From an uncultured virus (IMG/VR IMGVR_UViG_3300043673_000060) (Duplodnaviria; Heunggongvirae; Uroviricota; Caudoviricetes): DNA of 64,000 bases. The position numbers were made by a program, and so were the translations under genes. The stretch lies in the IMG/VR virus record IMGVR_UViG_3300043673_000060. One strand, 5' to 3'. Shown piece after piece: positions 1-9,936 of the stretch (the stretch's first letter is position 1; every line of letters begins with the position of its first letter). The notes under the pieces were generated by a model that saw only the letters and a program-made list of their open reading frames with translations, had not been told where the DNA came from and did no database searches.

Positions 1-312
1 GTGATCATCGTCTTGCGTAACCGGATCTGATCGTAGGTCAGCACGACGATGCCTCCTTCTCCGCGAGCCGCCTCGGGAACCAGTCGCACGACGGCTCATC
101 GCCCTTGCGGCCGATGAGCCACAGACCGCGGGACGCGTGCACGCGCTTGCCCAGGTCGGTGTACGCCCAGTACGCTCCGTGGTGGCGCCAGCAGCCCTTG
201 CGAGCGAGCGCGCTCGCTGTCGGGCCGTGGAAGTTCGCGACGGGCAGCTTCTCGCCGCGGATGGCGCGGCCGAGCATGCGGTACTGGGCCGTGGTCAGGC
301 TTATGATCTTGT

Positions 313-723
313 TCATCGGATCTCCAGCGCGGGGTTGATTACGTCCGTCCACGCTACCTCTCGTACGACGGCTTCCTTACCACGCTCGCGAAACTGTTCG
401 ATAGCGTTCCACGTACCTTTGCTGTGCTCGCGGTCTTCCTTCGGTGTCGCCGGCCACGCGATGACTCGATGCGCGAGTCGCGCGACGATCGTGTTGCGCT
501 CCGGGCCGGCGAACAACCCCTTCGCCTCCCAACGCGCGTGGCACTCGATGAACCGGAGGCCGAGGCGCTTGCACTCGCGCTTGACGTGTAGGTCCACGCC
601 CGGCGCGTCGCCCGTGACGACGATGGTCTCGCGGTCGAGCGCCTCCATCGTGGGCGTGATGTCCAGCAGCACCGACGGGATGCGGCGGCGTGTGCCAACG
701 AGGGCGAGAAGGAGGTCACTCAT
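313..723 (-). CDS. SLOG/YspA-like (DprA-fold) nucleotide-binding protein
   Basis: LVGTRR...IVVTGDAPGVD...AGPERN...VIAW...SKGTWNAI motif series typical of YspA/SLOG proteins; start moved to ATG 723. Confidence 0.7.
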   Translation of the reverse strand: MSDLLLALVGTRRRIPSVLLDITPTMEALDRETIVVTGDAPGVDLHVKRECKRLGLRFIECHARWEAKGLFAGPERNTIVARLAHRVIAWPATPKEDREHSKGTWNAIEQFRERGKEAVVREVAWTDVINPALEIR

Positions 724-1513
724 GCGCGATCTGCACGGCCTTGCCGTCGGCGAGCGTGCCGTGCATGCGATGGCCAGCGTGCTCTCGCTCGAACGCCTGC
801 ACGTCTGCCTCCGCGAGCACCACGTCGGCCGTGGCCAAGATCGCGCCGCAATCTTCGCACGCGAGCCCGGTGAAACGGACCTGCGCCGTGCCGAGCATGC
901 TGCGCGCGAACGCATCGCGCATGTACGCGACGGGGTCTGGGCTCGCGGCGCACTTCGCCCATTCCTCGCACACGCGCTCGTCGTGCTCCCACATCTCGTC
1001 GGGTCGGCCGACGACGACGTTGCCGCACCATTGACAATGGCCGGCCTTCCTGGCGGTCACGCACGCGCAGCACACGAAGCGCACGTCGTTGCGCACGGTG
1101 CCGCCACGCAGGCACTCGATGCAGTAGCCGACGTTGTATGAGGCGCCGCACATGGCGCACGCGCGCGACTCCATGTCGACGGCGATGCCGTGCGTTGGAC
1201 AACGTGACGCCGGCATCTGCGGCGTGAGCAGGCCGTCGCGGTCCAGGTACGTGCGTCGCACCGACGACATGAGCCGCTCATTGAGCTTGGGGAACAGCCC
1301 GGGCGCCAGGTAGAACAGGAGCCACAGCGGCCAGAGCAGCAGACCGACGGCGAACCCGACGCCGCGCGCGATACGGAACCACATCGGCGCCGTCATCATC
1401 TCCTCGGCGAGCCGTTCACGTATGCGCGCGCCGATCTCGCCGGTGCCGTACAGCTGGATCGCCTGCCAGCACATGCCGATGAGCACGTAGACGAAGAAGA
1501 TGCGCACGCTCAA
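716..1513 (-). CDS. Membrane protein with Cys-rich (multiple CxxC) C-terminal region
   Basis: Two hydrophobic segments then several CxxC pairs; start and stop overlap the neighbours. Confidence 0.5.
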   Translation of the reverse strand: MSVRIFFVYVLIGMCWQAIQLYGTGEIGARIRERLAEEMMTAPMWFRIARGVGFAVGLLLWPLWLLFYLAPGLFPKLNERLMSSVRRTYLDRDGLLTPQMPASRCPTHGIAVDMESRACAMCGASYNVGYCIECLRGGTVRNDVRFVCCACVTARKAGHCQWCGNVVVGRPDEMWEHDERVCEEWAKCAASPDPVAYMRDAFARSMLGTAQVRFTGLACEDCGAILATADVVLAEADVQAFEREHAGHRMHGTLADGKAVQIAHE

Positions 1514-1821
1514 CCTCCGCGCGGTGGCGGCGCCCAAGCTCGCAGCGGCTCGCCCTTGCTCTGCGCTTCCTTGATCGCTTCGTACAGGCTCTTGACGACG
1601 AGCACGGCGTCGTACCGGCGCTCCACCTCCAACTGCGAGACAGCTCGCAGAACGACCGCGGGGTCGAGGCCGTGGCCGGACACCGGAGCGTCGGCGACGC
1701 CCGGCCAGCGCTCTTCGTAGAGCATGAGCATCTCGTCCGCCGACGTGCGCGCCGTGGACGAGTGCAGTCCCGCTCGCGTGCACGAGTTGAACGCGTCCCA
1801 CCAGATCTCTTGTTTCGTCAT
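1510..1821 (-). CDS. Hypothetical protein
   Basis: MTKQEIWWDAF..., translationally coupled to flanking ORFs. Confidence 0.5.
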   Translation of the reverse strand: MTKQEIWWDAFNSCTRAGLHSSTARTSADEMLMLYEERWPGVADAPVSGHGLDPAVVLRAVSQLEVERRYDAVLVVKSLYEAIKEAQSKGEPLRAWAPPPRGG

Positions 1822-2294
1822 GCGCCCATCCTGTCCAGCTTCTCCTTGAGCCGCACGTTCTCCTCTGCGCACCGCCGGTACTCGACGACGAGCTTCTGCA
1901 CAGCCGTCGGCGCGTCGTCGCCCGGGTACAGACCCAGTAGCGCGTCGGCGATGCGCGCGTCGCGCGTATCGAGACTGGCGACAAGGTCACGGATGGACGT
2001 CATGCGGCGCTCGGCGACGGCGACGATGTCCTCGTCTGGTGGCGCCTGTAGCGCTTGGCGTACGGCGAGCACCTGGTCGCACGCGCGCGCTTCAGCCGGC
2101 GCCGCCTCGGGCCGCCCGTACGTCTCGCGCTGGTGGAGATCGAGCTCGGTCGCTTGAAGGCGTGCTTCGGTGGTATCGGGACGCGGCTCGGATAGAGGGT
2201 TCGCCCTCTCGACAATGACCTCGGTCGACTCCGCGTGCCTGTCCAGCACGTCGATGACGTCGGCGACGGTACGCAGTAGTTGCGAACGAGTCAT
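1818..2294 (-). CDS. Hypothetical coiled-coil protein
   Basis: MTRSQLLRTVAD..., ATGA-type overlaps at both ends. Confidence 0.5.
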   Translation of the reverse strand: MTRSQLLRTVADVIDVLDRHAESTEVIVERANPLSEPRPDTTEARLQATELDLHQRETYGRPEAAPAEARACDQVLAVRQALQAPPDEDIVAVAERRMTSIRDLVASLDTRDARIADALLGLYPGDDAPTAVQKLVVEYRRCAEENVRLKEKLDRMGA

Positions 2295-2493
2295 GACGCC
2301 ACGCCCGCTACGACGCAGCACGCTTCCCACGCGTCCGCGCAGCCCATCGAGCAAAACCAATGGTCGTACGCGCCCACCCGGACGTCGCCATGCGGGTACA
2401 GGACTTTCTCGCACCGCGCACAAAGCTCGATGGGGGCGCCGTGCGTCTGTACGCGCGTCCGGTCCCACACAGCCTGCACAACGACCTGGTCGC

Positions 2494-2685
2494 TCATGCC
2501 GCCTCTGGCGCCGACTTCTTCACTCGCAAAATCTTCTCAACGCGATCGTTGATGGCGTCTCGCATCAAGACGGAGAGCTTCGTCTTGGACACCTTCGCGG
2601 CCCGCTTGACGCGGTCCAAGGCAGCCTGTGACGGGAAGTACACCGAGTGCAGGACGCCGGAGGGCTCTTTTTTCTTGTTGGTCAC
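2494..2685 (-). CDS. Ribbon-helix-helix-like small DNA-binding protein
   Basis: HSVYFP...LDRVKRAAKVSKTKLSVLMRDAINDRV pattern; first gene of the leftward unit, divergent from the replication arm. Confidence 0.55.
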   Translation of the reverse strand: MTNKKKEPSGVLHSVYFPSQAALDRVKRAAKVSKTKLSVLMRDAINDRVEKILRVKKSAPEAA

Positions 2686-2742
2686 GGTGAAACAGGTAGC
2701 GGACCGTGGACGCGAGGTCAAGCGTGGGTTAGTTGTTAGGCC

Positions 2743-3042
2743 GTGAGCCAGCTAGCGCTGATCGACGAAGCCGCCTTGCGCCCGGTGGAGATAGTGGAAC
2801 TTTCGCTCGACGGCCCGCCGCTGCGCTGCGTGTACTGGCTGAGCGACAACGAGTTGGCCAGCGACCGCGTATGCCTCGTGCGCTGCGACGACGGCGAGCG
2901 CAGCATGCTGCGCATCCGGTCGCTTGACACGCTCTGCGGCGTGAGCTGCAAGGACATCGTACGCACGAGCGGGATCCCGCCGGCCAAGCAGCCGTACTGC
3001 CAGGCGTGCGCGGCGAACGCGGGGAGAGGGGTGCTGAAGTAA
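2743..3042 (+). CDS. Hypothetical Cys-containing protein
   Basis: 99-aa ORF directly abutting the next ORF. Confidence 0.4.
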   Translation: MSQLALIDEAALRPVEIVELSLDGPPLRCVYWLSDNELASDRVCLVRCDDGERSMLRIRSLDTLCGVSCKDIVRTSGIPPAKQPYCQACAANAGRGVLK

Positions 3043-3294
3043 ATGGCGCGGTCATTGAAAGCCTTGGCGCTGACCGGCGCGGGTCGTTTGCAGGAAGCGC
3101 AGCAGGCATGGCTGGTCGCTGCGCTCGAAGAAATCGGCGAACTGCACGGGAAGAAGCGCATCGACCCCGACGACACCCTCTTCGGCGAGGCAATTTACTG
3201 CCTGCTCGCCGCGCGTCGTCCACTGCTACGCAAGGAGGCGCTGCGACGCCTCGTTGCGAAGGTGATGGAAGTTCGACCAGTCCGAGAATCCTGA
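3043..3294 (+). CDS. Hypothetical protein
   Basis: 83-aa helical ORF starting immediately after the upstream stop. Confidence 0.5.
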   Translation: MARSLKALALTGAGRLQEAQQAWLVAALEEIGELHGKKRIDPDDTLFGEAIYCLLAARRPLLRKEALRRLVAKVMEVRPVRES

Positions 3295-3706
3295 CGGGGC
3301 GGAGGGCCTCGCACTGTCGGCCGCCGACGCGCGCGCAGTGCTGGACGGTCTGATGAAGTGCGACAGGCGCGTAGGCCCCGGGTCGATGGTCTGCGACCGC
3401 CCCGCGACGGTGACCGGGACGGACATTGGGTCCGGCATGGTCCGAGAGACGTGCGACGAGCATCGTCCGACGCACAACGACGTGGCGGATCTACCGTGGG
3501 CCGACGTGGTGCGTCGGGCGCGACTCCCGCAGAGGCGTCCGAGACATGAAGCGCCGCGGCGGTGGCGGCGAAGCAAGTGCGAGCCCGACGTGGACAACAA
3601 AAAGGGGATCGTAGTTCTGGACAACGAGGCGGCGTTCGTGTTTTTGTAGCCGTCCACCAGGCAACGCGACGTGAAGCGCCGCGCTTGGCAAACTAAAGCC
3701 GAAACG

Positions 3707-3805
3707 ACCGACCGATCTGGATGACTACGCGAGGCGGGGCTCCTTGCTCTCGCGGGCACGAAGGACTTCACGCACGCTTCGCGTGGTCTTCCAGGTCGGT
3801 GCGGT
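3707..3805 (+). ncRNA. Long rod-like RNA hairpin upstream of the replication genes (leader or sRNA candidate)
   Basis: Arms 3711-3736 and 3775-3800 form a 26-bp stem with 22 WC pairs, 3 G.U wobbles on the + strand and 1 mismatch; inner stems TCCTT/AAGGA and TGCTC/GGGCA. Confidence 0.5.
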
Positions 3806-4079
3806 GGTGCGCGCAGTTGCAGGAGGGTCGAGATGTACGGGGCGGCGGCGGCAACTTGACGATCGAAAAGCTCGCAGACGCGTACGTGCGCCGGCTCCAG
3901 GAGCGGCTCGGCGTCGTGTACGAGCGACTCGCGCGCGCCGAGGACGACGGCGACGGCGACCGTCAGCTGCAGGCCGTCGACCAGGCCCGCATGGCACTGC
4001 GCGAGACGCTGAACGCACTCGACGAGTGGAGGTCAAAGGCTGCTGACGCTGCCCAGGCCGGTCGCGGAGGGGACGACTG

Positions 4080-5123
4080 ATGGGGCTCGACCACAAGCAG
4101 GAGCGCTACATCAAGGTGTTCGTCAAAGACACGTCGAATTGGCTGCTCGGTCCATGGCAAGCGCGCGCGATGCTGCCTCTCATCATGCGCAAACTAGACA
4201 GGGCAGGAATTCTCGACCTCGGCGAGGAGGGTATCGAGGCGCTCGCAGTGCACACGTCGATGCCGATCGAGATCGTCGAGACTGGTCTCTCGTGGTGGAT
4301 CCAGCGCGGAACACTGAAACTCGTCCGTGGCAACCTGGTGATGCCCAACTTCATGGAGGCCCAGGAAGCGACACAGGACGACGCGCAGCGGGCACGTGAG
4401 TCCAGGGCGCGCAGGCGTGAGGTTGCTATGGCCGTGGAGGCCGGTCTTGTCACGAAACGTGACGACGACGTCACGAACCGTGACGATCGCGCCGGTACGT
4501 CGGCCACCACGTCTACGACCGCTGCGAACGGTGCCGGCGCGACCGCCGTACAGGCTGCGTACGACGTCACAAAACGTGACGCTACCATCACAAAACGTGA
4601 TGCTGTCGTCACAAAAGCAGACGATACCGTCACAACCGGTCACAACCAGTCACTCTTAACTGTGCTTAACAGTACTGTGCTTAACCTAGCAGTACTGAAC
4701 CAAGCCTCAGAAACCACAGAGATCTCGGCTGCGCCTCGTCCCGGCTCTGGCGAGCCGGCGTCCTCGCTCGCGGCAGATGTGCGCGAGGTGTTCGAGTACT
4801 GGGCAACGAAGCAGGCGTCGCTCACTGGCTCTTCGTTCAAGAGCCTCAGGCTCAGCAAGGCTCGCCAGACAAAGATCCGGGCGCGCCTCCGCGAGAAATA
4901 CTCGGTCGTTGACCTAAAGCTAGGCGTGGACGGCGTCTTCTCGCTCGACTTCAACGTCAAGGAAGGCCACACGGACATCGAGCTAGTGTGTCGAGACGCC
5001 TCGAAGCTAGATCGGTACATCGCCGCCGGTAACAAATTGCACGCCAACGGCGCAACGGCACTGACCAGGTCGACAACCGGCCAAGTCATCAACGGCCAGA
5101 TCGTGCGCTACGACGATGGCTGA
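4080..5123 (+). CDS. Phage replication initiator (lambda O-like / replisome organiser)
   Basis: N-terminal HTH-like region, QRARESRARRRE linker, internal iterons, C-terminal VFEYW...KIRARLRE helical domain; upstream of primase and DnaB. Confidence 0.7.
   Translation: MGLDHKQERYIKVFVKDTSNWLLGPWQARAMLPLIMRKLDRAGILDLGEEGIEALAVHTSMPIEIVETGLSWWIQRGTLKLVRGNLVMPNFMEAQEATQDDAQRARESRARRREVAMAVEAGLVTKRDDDVTNRDDRAGTSATTSTTAANGAGATAVQAAYDVTKRDATITKRDAVVTKADDTVTTGHNQSLLTVLNSTVLNLAVLNQASETTEISAAPRPGSGEPASSLAADVREVFEYWATKQASLTGSSFKSLRLSKARQTKIRARLREKYSVVDLKLGVDGVFSLDFNVKEGHTDIELVCRDASKLDRYIAAGNKLHANGATALTRSTTGQVINGQIVRYDDG
4449..4705. repeat. Iteron array plus AT-richer tract: probable replication origin inside the initiator gene
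   Basis: GTCAC-N5-GTGAC palindromes at 4449, 4470, 4566, 4587 (ATCAC...GTGAT), degenerate copies at 4608 and 4629, 21-bp spacing within each group; then two CTGTGCTTAAC copies and AGTACT repeats. Confidence 0.7.
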
Positions 5124-6135
5124 CCAGGACGTCACCGAGATCAAGTACGCTCTGAGCGACCCAACGCGTGTGCTCGAAGCGCTCGGCATGATGGGTCAAG
5201 GCAAAGCGCGCCTTCGACAGGCCGGCGGCTGGAGCGTGCGCTGCCCCGTACACGAAGACGGGACGCCGAGTTGCTCCGTGCAGCAGCGCGACGGCGTGAT
5301 CCTATGGAAGTGCCACGGCTGCCAGGCTTCAGGTGACGTTCTGCACCTCGTAGCATTCGCAAACAACTTGAACATCGACACGAACTTCAAAGCCGTACTC
5401 GCCGAAGCCGCCCGACTCGCTGGCCTATGGCACATCGTCGACAAGCTCGCCGGGCGCGAACCGGTCGGGCCGCGCCCCGTGCCGCCGCCGCCGCCCGTCG
5501 CCGAGCCGCCGCGTGAATGGCCGCCGCGCGAAGAGGTCGCCGCGCTATGGTCTGCGTGCGTGCCAACGGCCGACGACGTCGACGTGGCCTCGTATCTGCG
5601 AGCCCGCTCGCTGAATCCGGACGTCATCGACGGCCGCGAGCTTGCGCGGGCGCTTCCCGAGCGTGCCGCGCTGCCCAGGTGGGCCGTGTGCGCAGGCGGA
5701 AGCTGGCGTACGGTTGGATACAAGCTCGTGATCCCAATGTTCGACGCCAACGGCGAGATGCGCAGCGTCCGCGTGGCGCGCGTCGTTGATGGCGACGGCC
5801 CGAAACGGCGCCCACCGTTCGGTCACAAGGCCAGCGAGCTGGTGATGGTCGACTTGTTTGGTCGTGCGATGCTGCGCAGCGAGTTCAAGCCGTACCGCGT
5901 GGTCATCGTCGAGGGCGAGCCGGACTTTTTGTCCAGGGCCAGCGTCATGAACGATGCGCACGGGTGCACGCTTGGTGTCGTCAGCGGCTCATGGACGCCC
6001 GCGTTCGCCGCACGCATTCCGTTGGCCGGACGCGTGGCGCTGCGCACGGATGTCGACGAGGCTGGCGACCGGTACGCGGCCGAGATCGAAGCGTCGCTCA
6101 AGCGGCGCGCGTTCGTTTGGAGAAGGCAAGCGTGA
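5116..6135 (+). CDS. Primase-like protein (CHC2 zinc finger + Toprim)
   Basis: RCPVHEDGTPS...WKCHGC zinc finger; IVEGEPDF and TDVDEAG Toprim motifs. Confidence 0.8.
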   Translation: MADQDVTEIKYALSDPTRVLEALGMMGQGKARLRQAGGWSVRCPVHEDGTPSCSVQQRDGVILWKCHGCQASGDVLHLVAFANNLNIDTNFKAVLAEAARLAGLWHIVDKLAGREPVGPRPVPPPPPVAEPPREWPPREEVAALWSACVPTADDVDVASYLRARSLNPDVIDGRELARALPERAALPRWAVCAGGSWRTVGYKLVIPMFDANGEMRSVRVARVVDGDGPKRRPPFGHKASELVMVDLFGRAMLRSEFKPYRVVIVEGEPDFLSRASVMNDAHGCTLGVVSGSWTPAFAARIPLAGRVALRTDVDEAGDRYAAEIEASLKRRAFVWRRQA

Positions 6136-9100
6136 GCAACGACAAGCCGAAGGTGCCCGACGAGAACGAGCTGCTGCAGCAGGGCAAACTTTCGCCGAAC
6201 GCGTTCGACGGAACGCGCCGCGTGGAAGGGATCCATCTCGTCGACTCGAAGATGCGAAAGATCGGAGAACCCAGCGACGTGCCTGCGGAACGTGCGCTAC
6301 TCGGCGCTTTTCTATGGGCGGCATCCAACGCCCCCGACGCGCTTCGCGCCAGCGCCGTCCAGGACCTGCTCCCGAACGGCGAGCCATTTTACGACCGCTC
6401 ACACGGCGACATTTACGAGGCCGCGCTCGCATGCCTAGCCAAGGACGACGAAACCGGGCACACGGCGGTCGAGCACGATCCCGTCGCCGTCGCCGCGCAC
6501 GCCGCCAAGCTTGGCAAGGGTCGCGACGCCACCGGGATCGAGGCGCTTCTCAAACTGCAGGCCGCTGCGTCGACCGTGAGCGAGGTGCAGGCGCGCGCGT
6601 ACGCGGACTCGATCCGCTCCGCATGGGCGAAGCGGTGCGCAATCCGCGACCTGCGCGTCATCGTGTCCGACGCGCTTCGTCCGGAGATGAACGACGTGGC
6701 CATCTTCGAGCGCGCCCAGAAGGCTGCGCTGGACATCATGGAGCGCTCGGCAGCACGCGCGACGACTGTGAGCATCCGGCAGTCGGCCGAGCAGGTGTTC
6801 AAAGACATGTTGGCTCCAGGCGGCGCCGCGGTCTCGACGGGTTTGCGCGACGTCGACGCGTTGCTCAACGGTGGCCTGCGCGCGCCAGAGACGAGCATCC
6901 TTGCGGCCAGAACCTCCGTGGGCAAGTCAACCATCTCCATCGGAATGGCCGAGTACATATGCGCGAGTGATCCGCTCGCTGGTGTTCTGTACGTATCAAT
7001 GGAGATGCCGCACAAGAGCTTCACGACGAAGCTACTCGCGTCACGCACGGTCGGCCTGACTGTGAGCGCGATGCGTCGCAAGGTCTTCAACGGCAACCAG
7101 CTTAAGGATCTGAAGGACTCCGTCGACGCCATCAAGGATCTGGAGCTGCACTTCACCGTGAGCATGACGCAGACGCTCGCGAGTGTGTTCGCGGCGGCCA
7201 ACGAACGGCAGCGTGTGCTCAAGAAGGCTGGCAAACGGCTCGTGCTGGTCATCGTCGACCACATCGGCCTGGTGAAGGCGAGCAACGAGCTGCTCAAGAG
7301 GGCCACGCGGCAGCAGCAAGTGGCGGAAACGAGTCGCGGCCTGCGCTGGATCGCGAGCGAGATCGGGTGCCACGTGATGGCGCTCGCGCAGATCCACCGC
7401 GATGCGGAGAGGCAGAAGAGCAGCGAGTCGATCCCGAAGCTGCATCACTTGCGAGAATGTGTAACAGGCGATACACGCGTGCTTTTGACTGACGGTTCTC
7501 GGCCTCCGATACGAGATCTCGTCGGCCGAAAACCGGAAGTGTGGGCGATGACCGCAGACCAAAAACTTGTGGCCGCCACCGCAGATGAAGTGTGGTCAGT
7601 CGGGCGGCGTCGCATTTTGGAAATTACGCTGGCGACTGGTCGTATAGTTCGCGTGACACCAAAGCATCGGCTGTACGGGGCGGACGGCTGGACGCGCGCA
7701 GGCGGTCTGAAGACAGGCGATAGGCTCGCTATCGCGCGTCACGTCCGCATTGGCGACACAGCCGATCGCTGGCCTATGGAGCACCTGGCATTGTTGGCCC
7801 ACATGATCGGAGACGGGAGCTACGTCAAGCACCAGCCCATGAGGTACACGACAGGATCGGAAGAAAACAGTACGGCAGTGCGGTATTCCGCGGAGCGCCA
7901 TTTTGGTTCTACCGTCAACAGAGTCGAGGGGCGCGGAAATTGGCACCAGCTGGTTATCAGCGGCAATGGTAGCCGCTGGCATCCCGCCGGCGTCGGCCTG
8001 TGGCTTAAAGAGTTGGGCGTCTACGGTCAGCGCTCGCATGAGAAGCACGTGCCGGACGTGGTCTTCTGTTTGAGCGACGAGCAGATTGGCTATTTTTTGC
8101 GTCACTTCTGGGCCACCGATGGCACCGTGTCGGACGTGCGCGGCACCCAGCCGAACATTAGCTGTTCGACAAGTAGTCGCCGTCTGGCGGATGACGTGTC
8201 AGCCCTGTTGTTGCGTCTCGGAATTGTGACAAGAGTCCGAACGGTGCATGGGCCGATTGGTCGCCCCTGGTACAACGTGTGTGTATCTGGCAGCGAACAG
8301 CAGCTAAGGTTTCTTGATGTCGTCGGGACATTCGGCCCACGCGTCGCTGGTGGCCAAGTTGTTCGCGCTCGCTTGGAGCGCGTGGTCAAAAACACCAACG
8401 TCGACACGCTGCCGCAGGCAGTGTTCGCGCACGTACGGGCCGCAATGCGCGCGGGCGGCATTACGACCAGAAGAATGTCTGAGATGCGCAAAACGTCATA
8501 TGGAGGCTCATCGCATTTCGGGTTCTCGCCTTCGCGGGCGACGATGAGTGAGTACGCGTCGCTGTTGAACGATCCCGCATTGCGTATGTTTTCGGAAAGC
8601 GATTTGTTTTGGGACCGCGTCGTGTCCGTTACGGACGTGGGCACCGCCGAGGTGTACGACATGTCTGTCCCGGGATACCACAGCTGGCTCGCCGACGGCA
8701 TCGTCAGTCATAACTCGGGGGACATTGAGCAAGACGCCGACCAGATCTTCATCCTGCATCGACCTCGTGACCCGTCGACGGGCCTGATCGTCAAGGGCAA
8801 GCCTGCGGCACTCGTGCTCGCAAAGAGCCGCTTGGACGAAGAGACCATGGGCATGCTTGTCGACTTCCAGAGGGGTCGGTACGTGGACTGGACCGACACG
8901 CGCAGGACATTCGCAAGCGAGTACGAAAGCCGTGACGACGCGCCCGCAGCCAGTGGCTCGTCGTACGGGTCAAGGCCGCCGTCGCGCGCGCCGTCCAGGA
9001 GTGCGCCGCCGCCCGGCCGCTTCGACGACGGCCCGGACGAGCCTACGGATACCTCGCTCCCGAGCGCGGCGGTGCCCATTCAGCCACCAGCGTCGCCCAT

Positions 9101-9149
9101 GCAGCAAGTACCGCTGATCGAGGAGACGGAAGGCGGTGGCGACGACTGA
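6132..9149 (+). CDS. dnaB: Replicative DnaB-like helicase containing an intein
   Basis: AERALLGA N-terminus, Walker A AARTSVGKST, SMEM, IVDHIGL, LRE/SGDIEQDAD split by the intein; GTG start overlapping the primase stop. Confidence 0.92.
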   Translation: MSNDKPKVPDENELLQQGKLSPNAFDGTRRVEGIHLVDSKMRKIGEPSDVPAERALLGAFLWAASNAPDALRASAVQDLLPNGEPFYDRSHGDIYEAALACLAKDDETGHTAVEHDPVAVAAHAAKLGKGRDATGIEALLKLQAAASTVSEVQARAYADSIRSAWAKRCAIRDLRVIVSDALRPEMNDVAIFERAQKAALDIMERSAARATTVSIRQSAEQVFKDMLAPGGAAVSTGLRDVDALLNGGLRAPETSILAARTSVGKSTISIGMAEYICASDPLAGVLYVSMEMPHKSFTTKLLASRTVGLTVSAMRRKVFNGNQLKDLKDSVDAIKDLELHFTVSMTQTLASVFAAANERQRVLKKAGKRLVLVIVDHIGLVKASNELLKRATRQQQVAETSRGLRWIASEIGCHVMALAQIHRDAERQKSSESIPKLHHLRECVTGDTRVLLTDGSRPPIRDLVGRKPEVWAMTADQKLVAATADEVWSVGRRRILEITLATGRIVRVTPKHRLYGADGWTRAGGLKTGDRLAIARHVRIGDTADRWPMEHLALLAHMIGDGSYVKHQPMRYTTGSEENSTAVRYSAERHFGSTVNRVEGRGNWHQLVISGNGSRWHPAGVGLWLKELGVYGQRSHEKHVPDVVFCLSDEQIGYFLRHFWATDGTVSDVRGTQPNISCSTSSRRLADDVSALLLRLGIVTRVRTVHGPIGRPWYNVCVSGSEQQLRFLDVVGTFGPRVAGGQVVRARLERVVKNTNVDTLPQAVFAHVRAAMRAGGITTRRMSEMRKTSYGGSSHFGFSPSRATMSEYASLLNDPALRMFSESDLFWDRVVSVTDVGTAEVYDMSVPGYHSWLADGIVSHNSGDIEQDADQIFILHRPRDPSTGLIVKGKPAALVLAKSRLDEETMGMLVDFQRGRYVDWTDTRRTFASEYESRDDAPAASGSSYGSRPPSRAPSRSAPPPGRFDDGPDEPTDTSLPSAAVPIQPPASPMQQVPLIEETEGGGDD
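7458..8714 (+). mobile_element. Intein (419 aa) with LAGLIDADG homing endonuclease in DnaB
   Basis: Starts CVTGDT, block B TPKHRLY, endonuclease motifs LLAHMIGDG and FLRHFWATDG, ends VYDMSV...IVSHN followed by Ser; visibly less GC-rich than the exteins. Confidence 0.93.
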
Positions 9150-9382
9150 TGGACCAGGACCAGCGCCCCGTACAGGAGGTCACCGACGCCGACCTCGCGC
9201 TCATGCGCATCCGCCGCGAGCTGTCCACCATGCCCATAGAGATCCGCGTCGCCGACGTCTGCCCGCGCTGCGGTCAGCACATCGTCGCCGATGAATTGCC
9301 GCGCCTGCAGCTCTTCATGGAGGGCGGTACGGTCACCTGCGCGAGCTGCGGCATGGACAAGACGTACGAACCAAGGCGTTGA
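9149..9382 (+). CDS. Small zinc-ribbon protein
   Basis: CPRCG...CASCG. Confidence 0.55.
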   Translation: MDQDQRPVQEVTDADLALMRIRRELSTMPIEIRVADVCPRCGQHIVADELPRLQLFMEGGTVTCASCGMDKTYEPRR

Positions 9383-9414
9383 CGCCCGCCACGAACCTAG
9401 CTAGGGACTAACAA

Positions 9415-9936
9415 ATGAGCAGTGCAGCGCATCCACGCACCGTCGACCGTACCGGCTGGCCGAATGGCCCGTGGGACGACGAGCCAGATCGCGTCGACTT
9501 CAAGACGGAAGCTGGCTTCCCGGCCATCGCACTGCGCAGCAGCAGCGGTTACTGGTGCGGCTACGTGGCCGCGCCGCCGGGACATCCGGCGCACCCCGAT
9601 TCCGGCGACGACGTCGACATCGCCGTGCACGGCACGGTCACGTACGGCGGCAAGTGCTCGGGCGACGTCTGCCACGTGCCCGAGCCCGGCGAGCCGGACG
9701 ACGTGTACTGGATCGGTTTCGACTTCGCCCACTCCGGCGACGCGCGTCCGAGCAAGCGAGATTGGGACGACCACCCGTGGAGTCCCGACGGTCGCACGCA
9801 ATACTGGGGACCCAATGCGCGTTACTGCCGGGCCGATGAGGTCCGCGGCGTGTATCGCGACATCGCGTACGTGCGCGCCGAGTGTGAGAAGGTCGGGCAG
9901 CAACTGGCGGCGATGGTCTCGAAGGCGGCGACGTGA
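9415..9936 (+). CDS. Phage hypothetical protein
   Basis: GYWCGYV...VHGTVTY...WIGFDFAH motifs familiar from phage hypothetical proteins. Confidence 0.65.
   Translation: MSSAAHPRTVDRTGWPNGPWDDEPDRVDFKTEAGFPAIALRSSSGYWCGYVAAPPGHPAHPDSGDDVDIAVHGTVTYGGKCSGDVCHVPEPGEPDDVYWIGFDFAHSGDARPSKRDWDDHPWSPDGRTQYWGPNARYCRADEVRGVYRDIAYVRAECEKVGQQLAAMVSKAAT

Noticed and set aside
5964..6131. N-terminal extension of DnaB in the ORF track
   Set aside because: It overlaps the primase; GTG 6132 coupled to the primase stop is the better start
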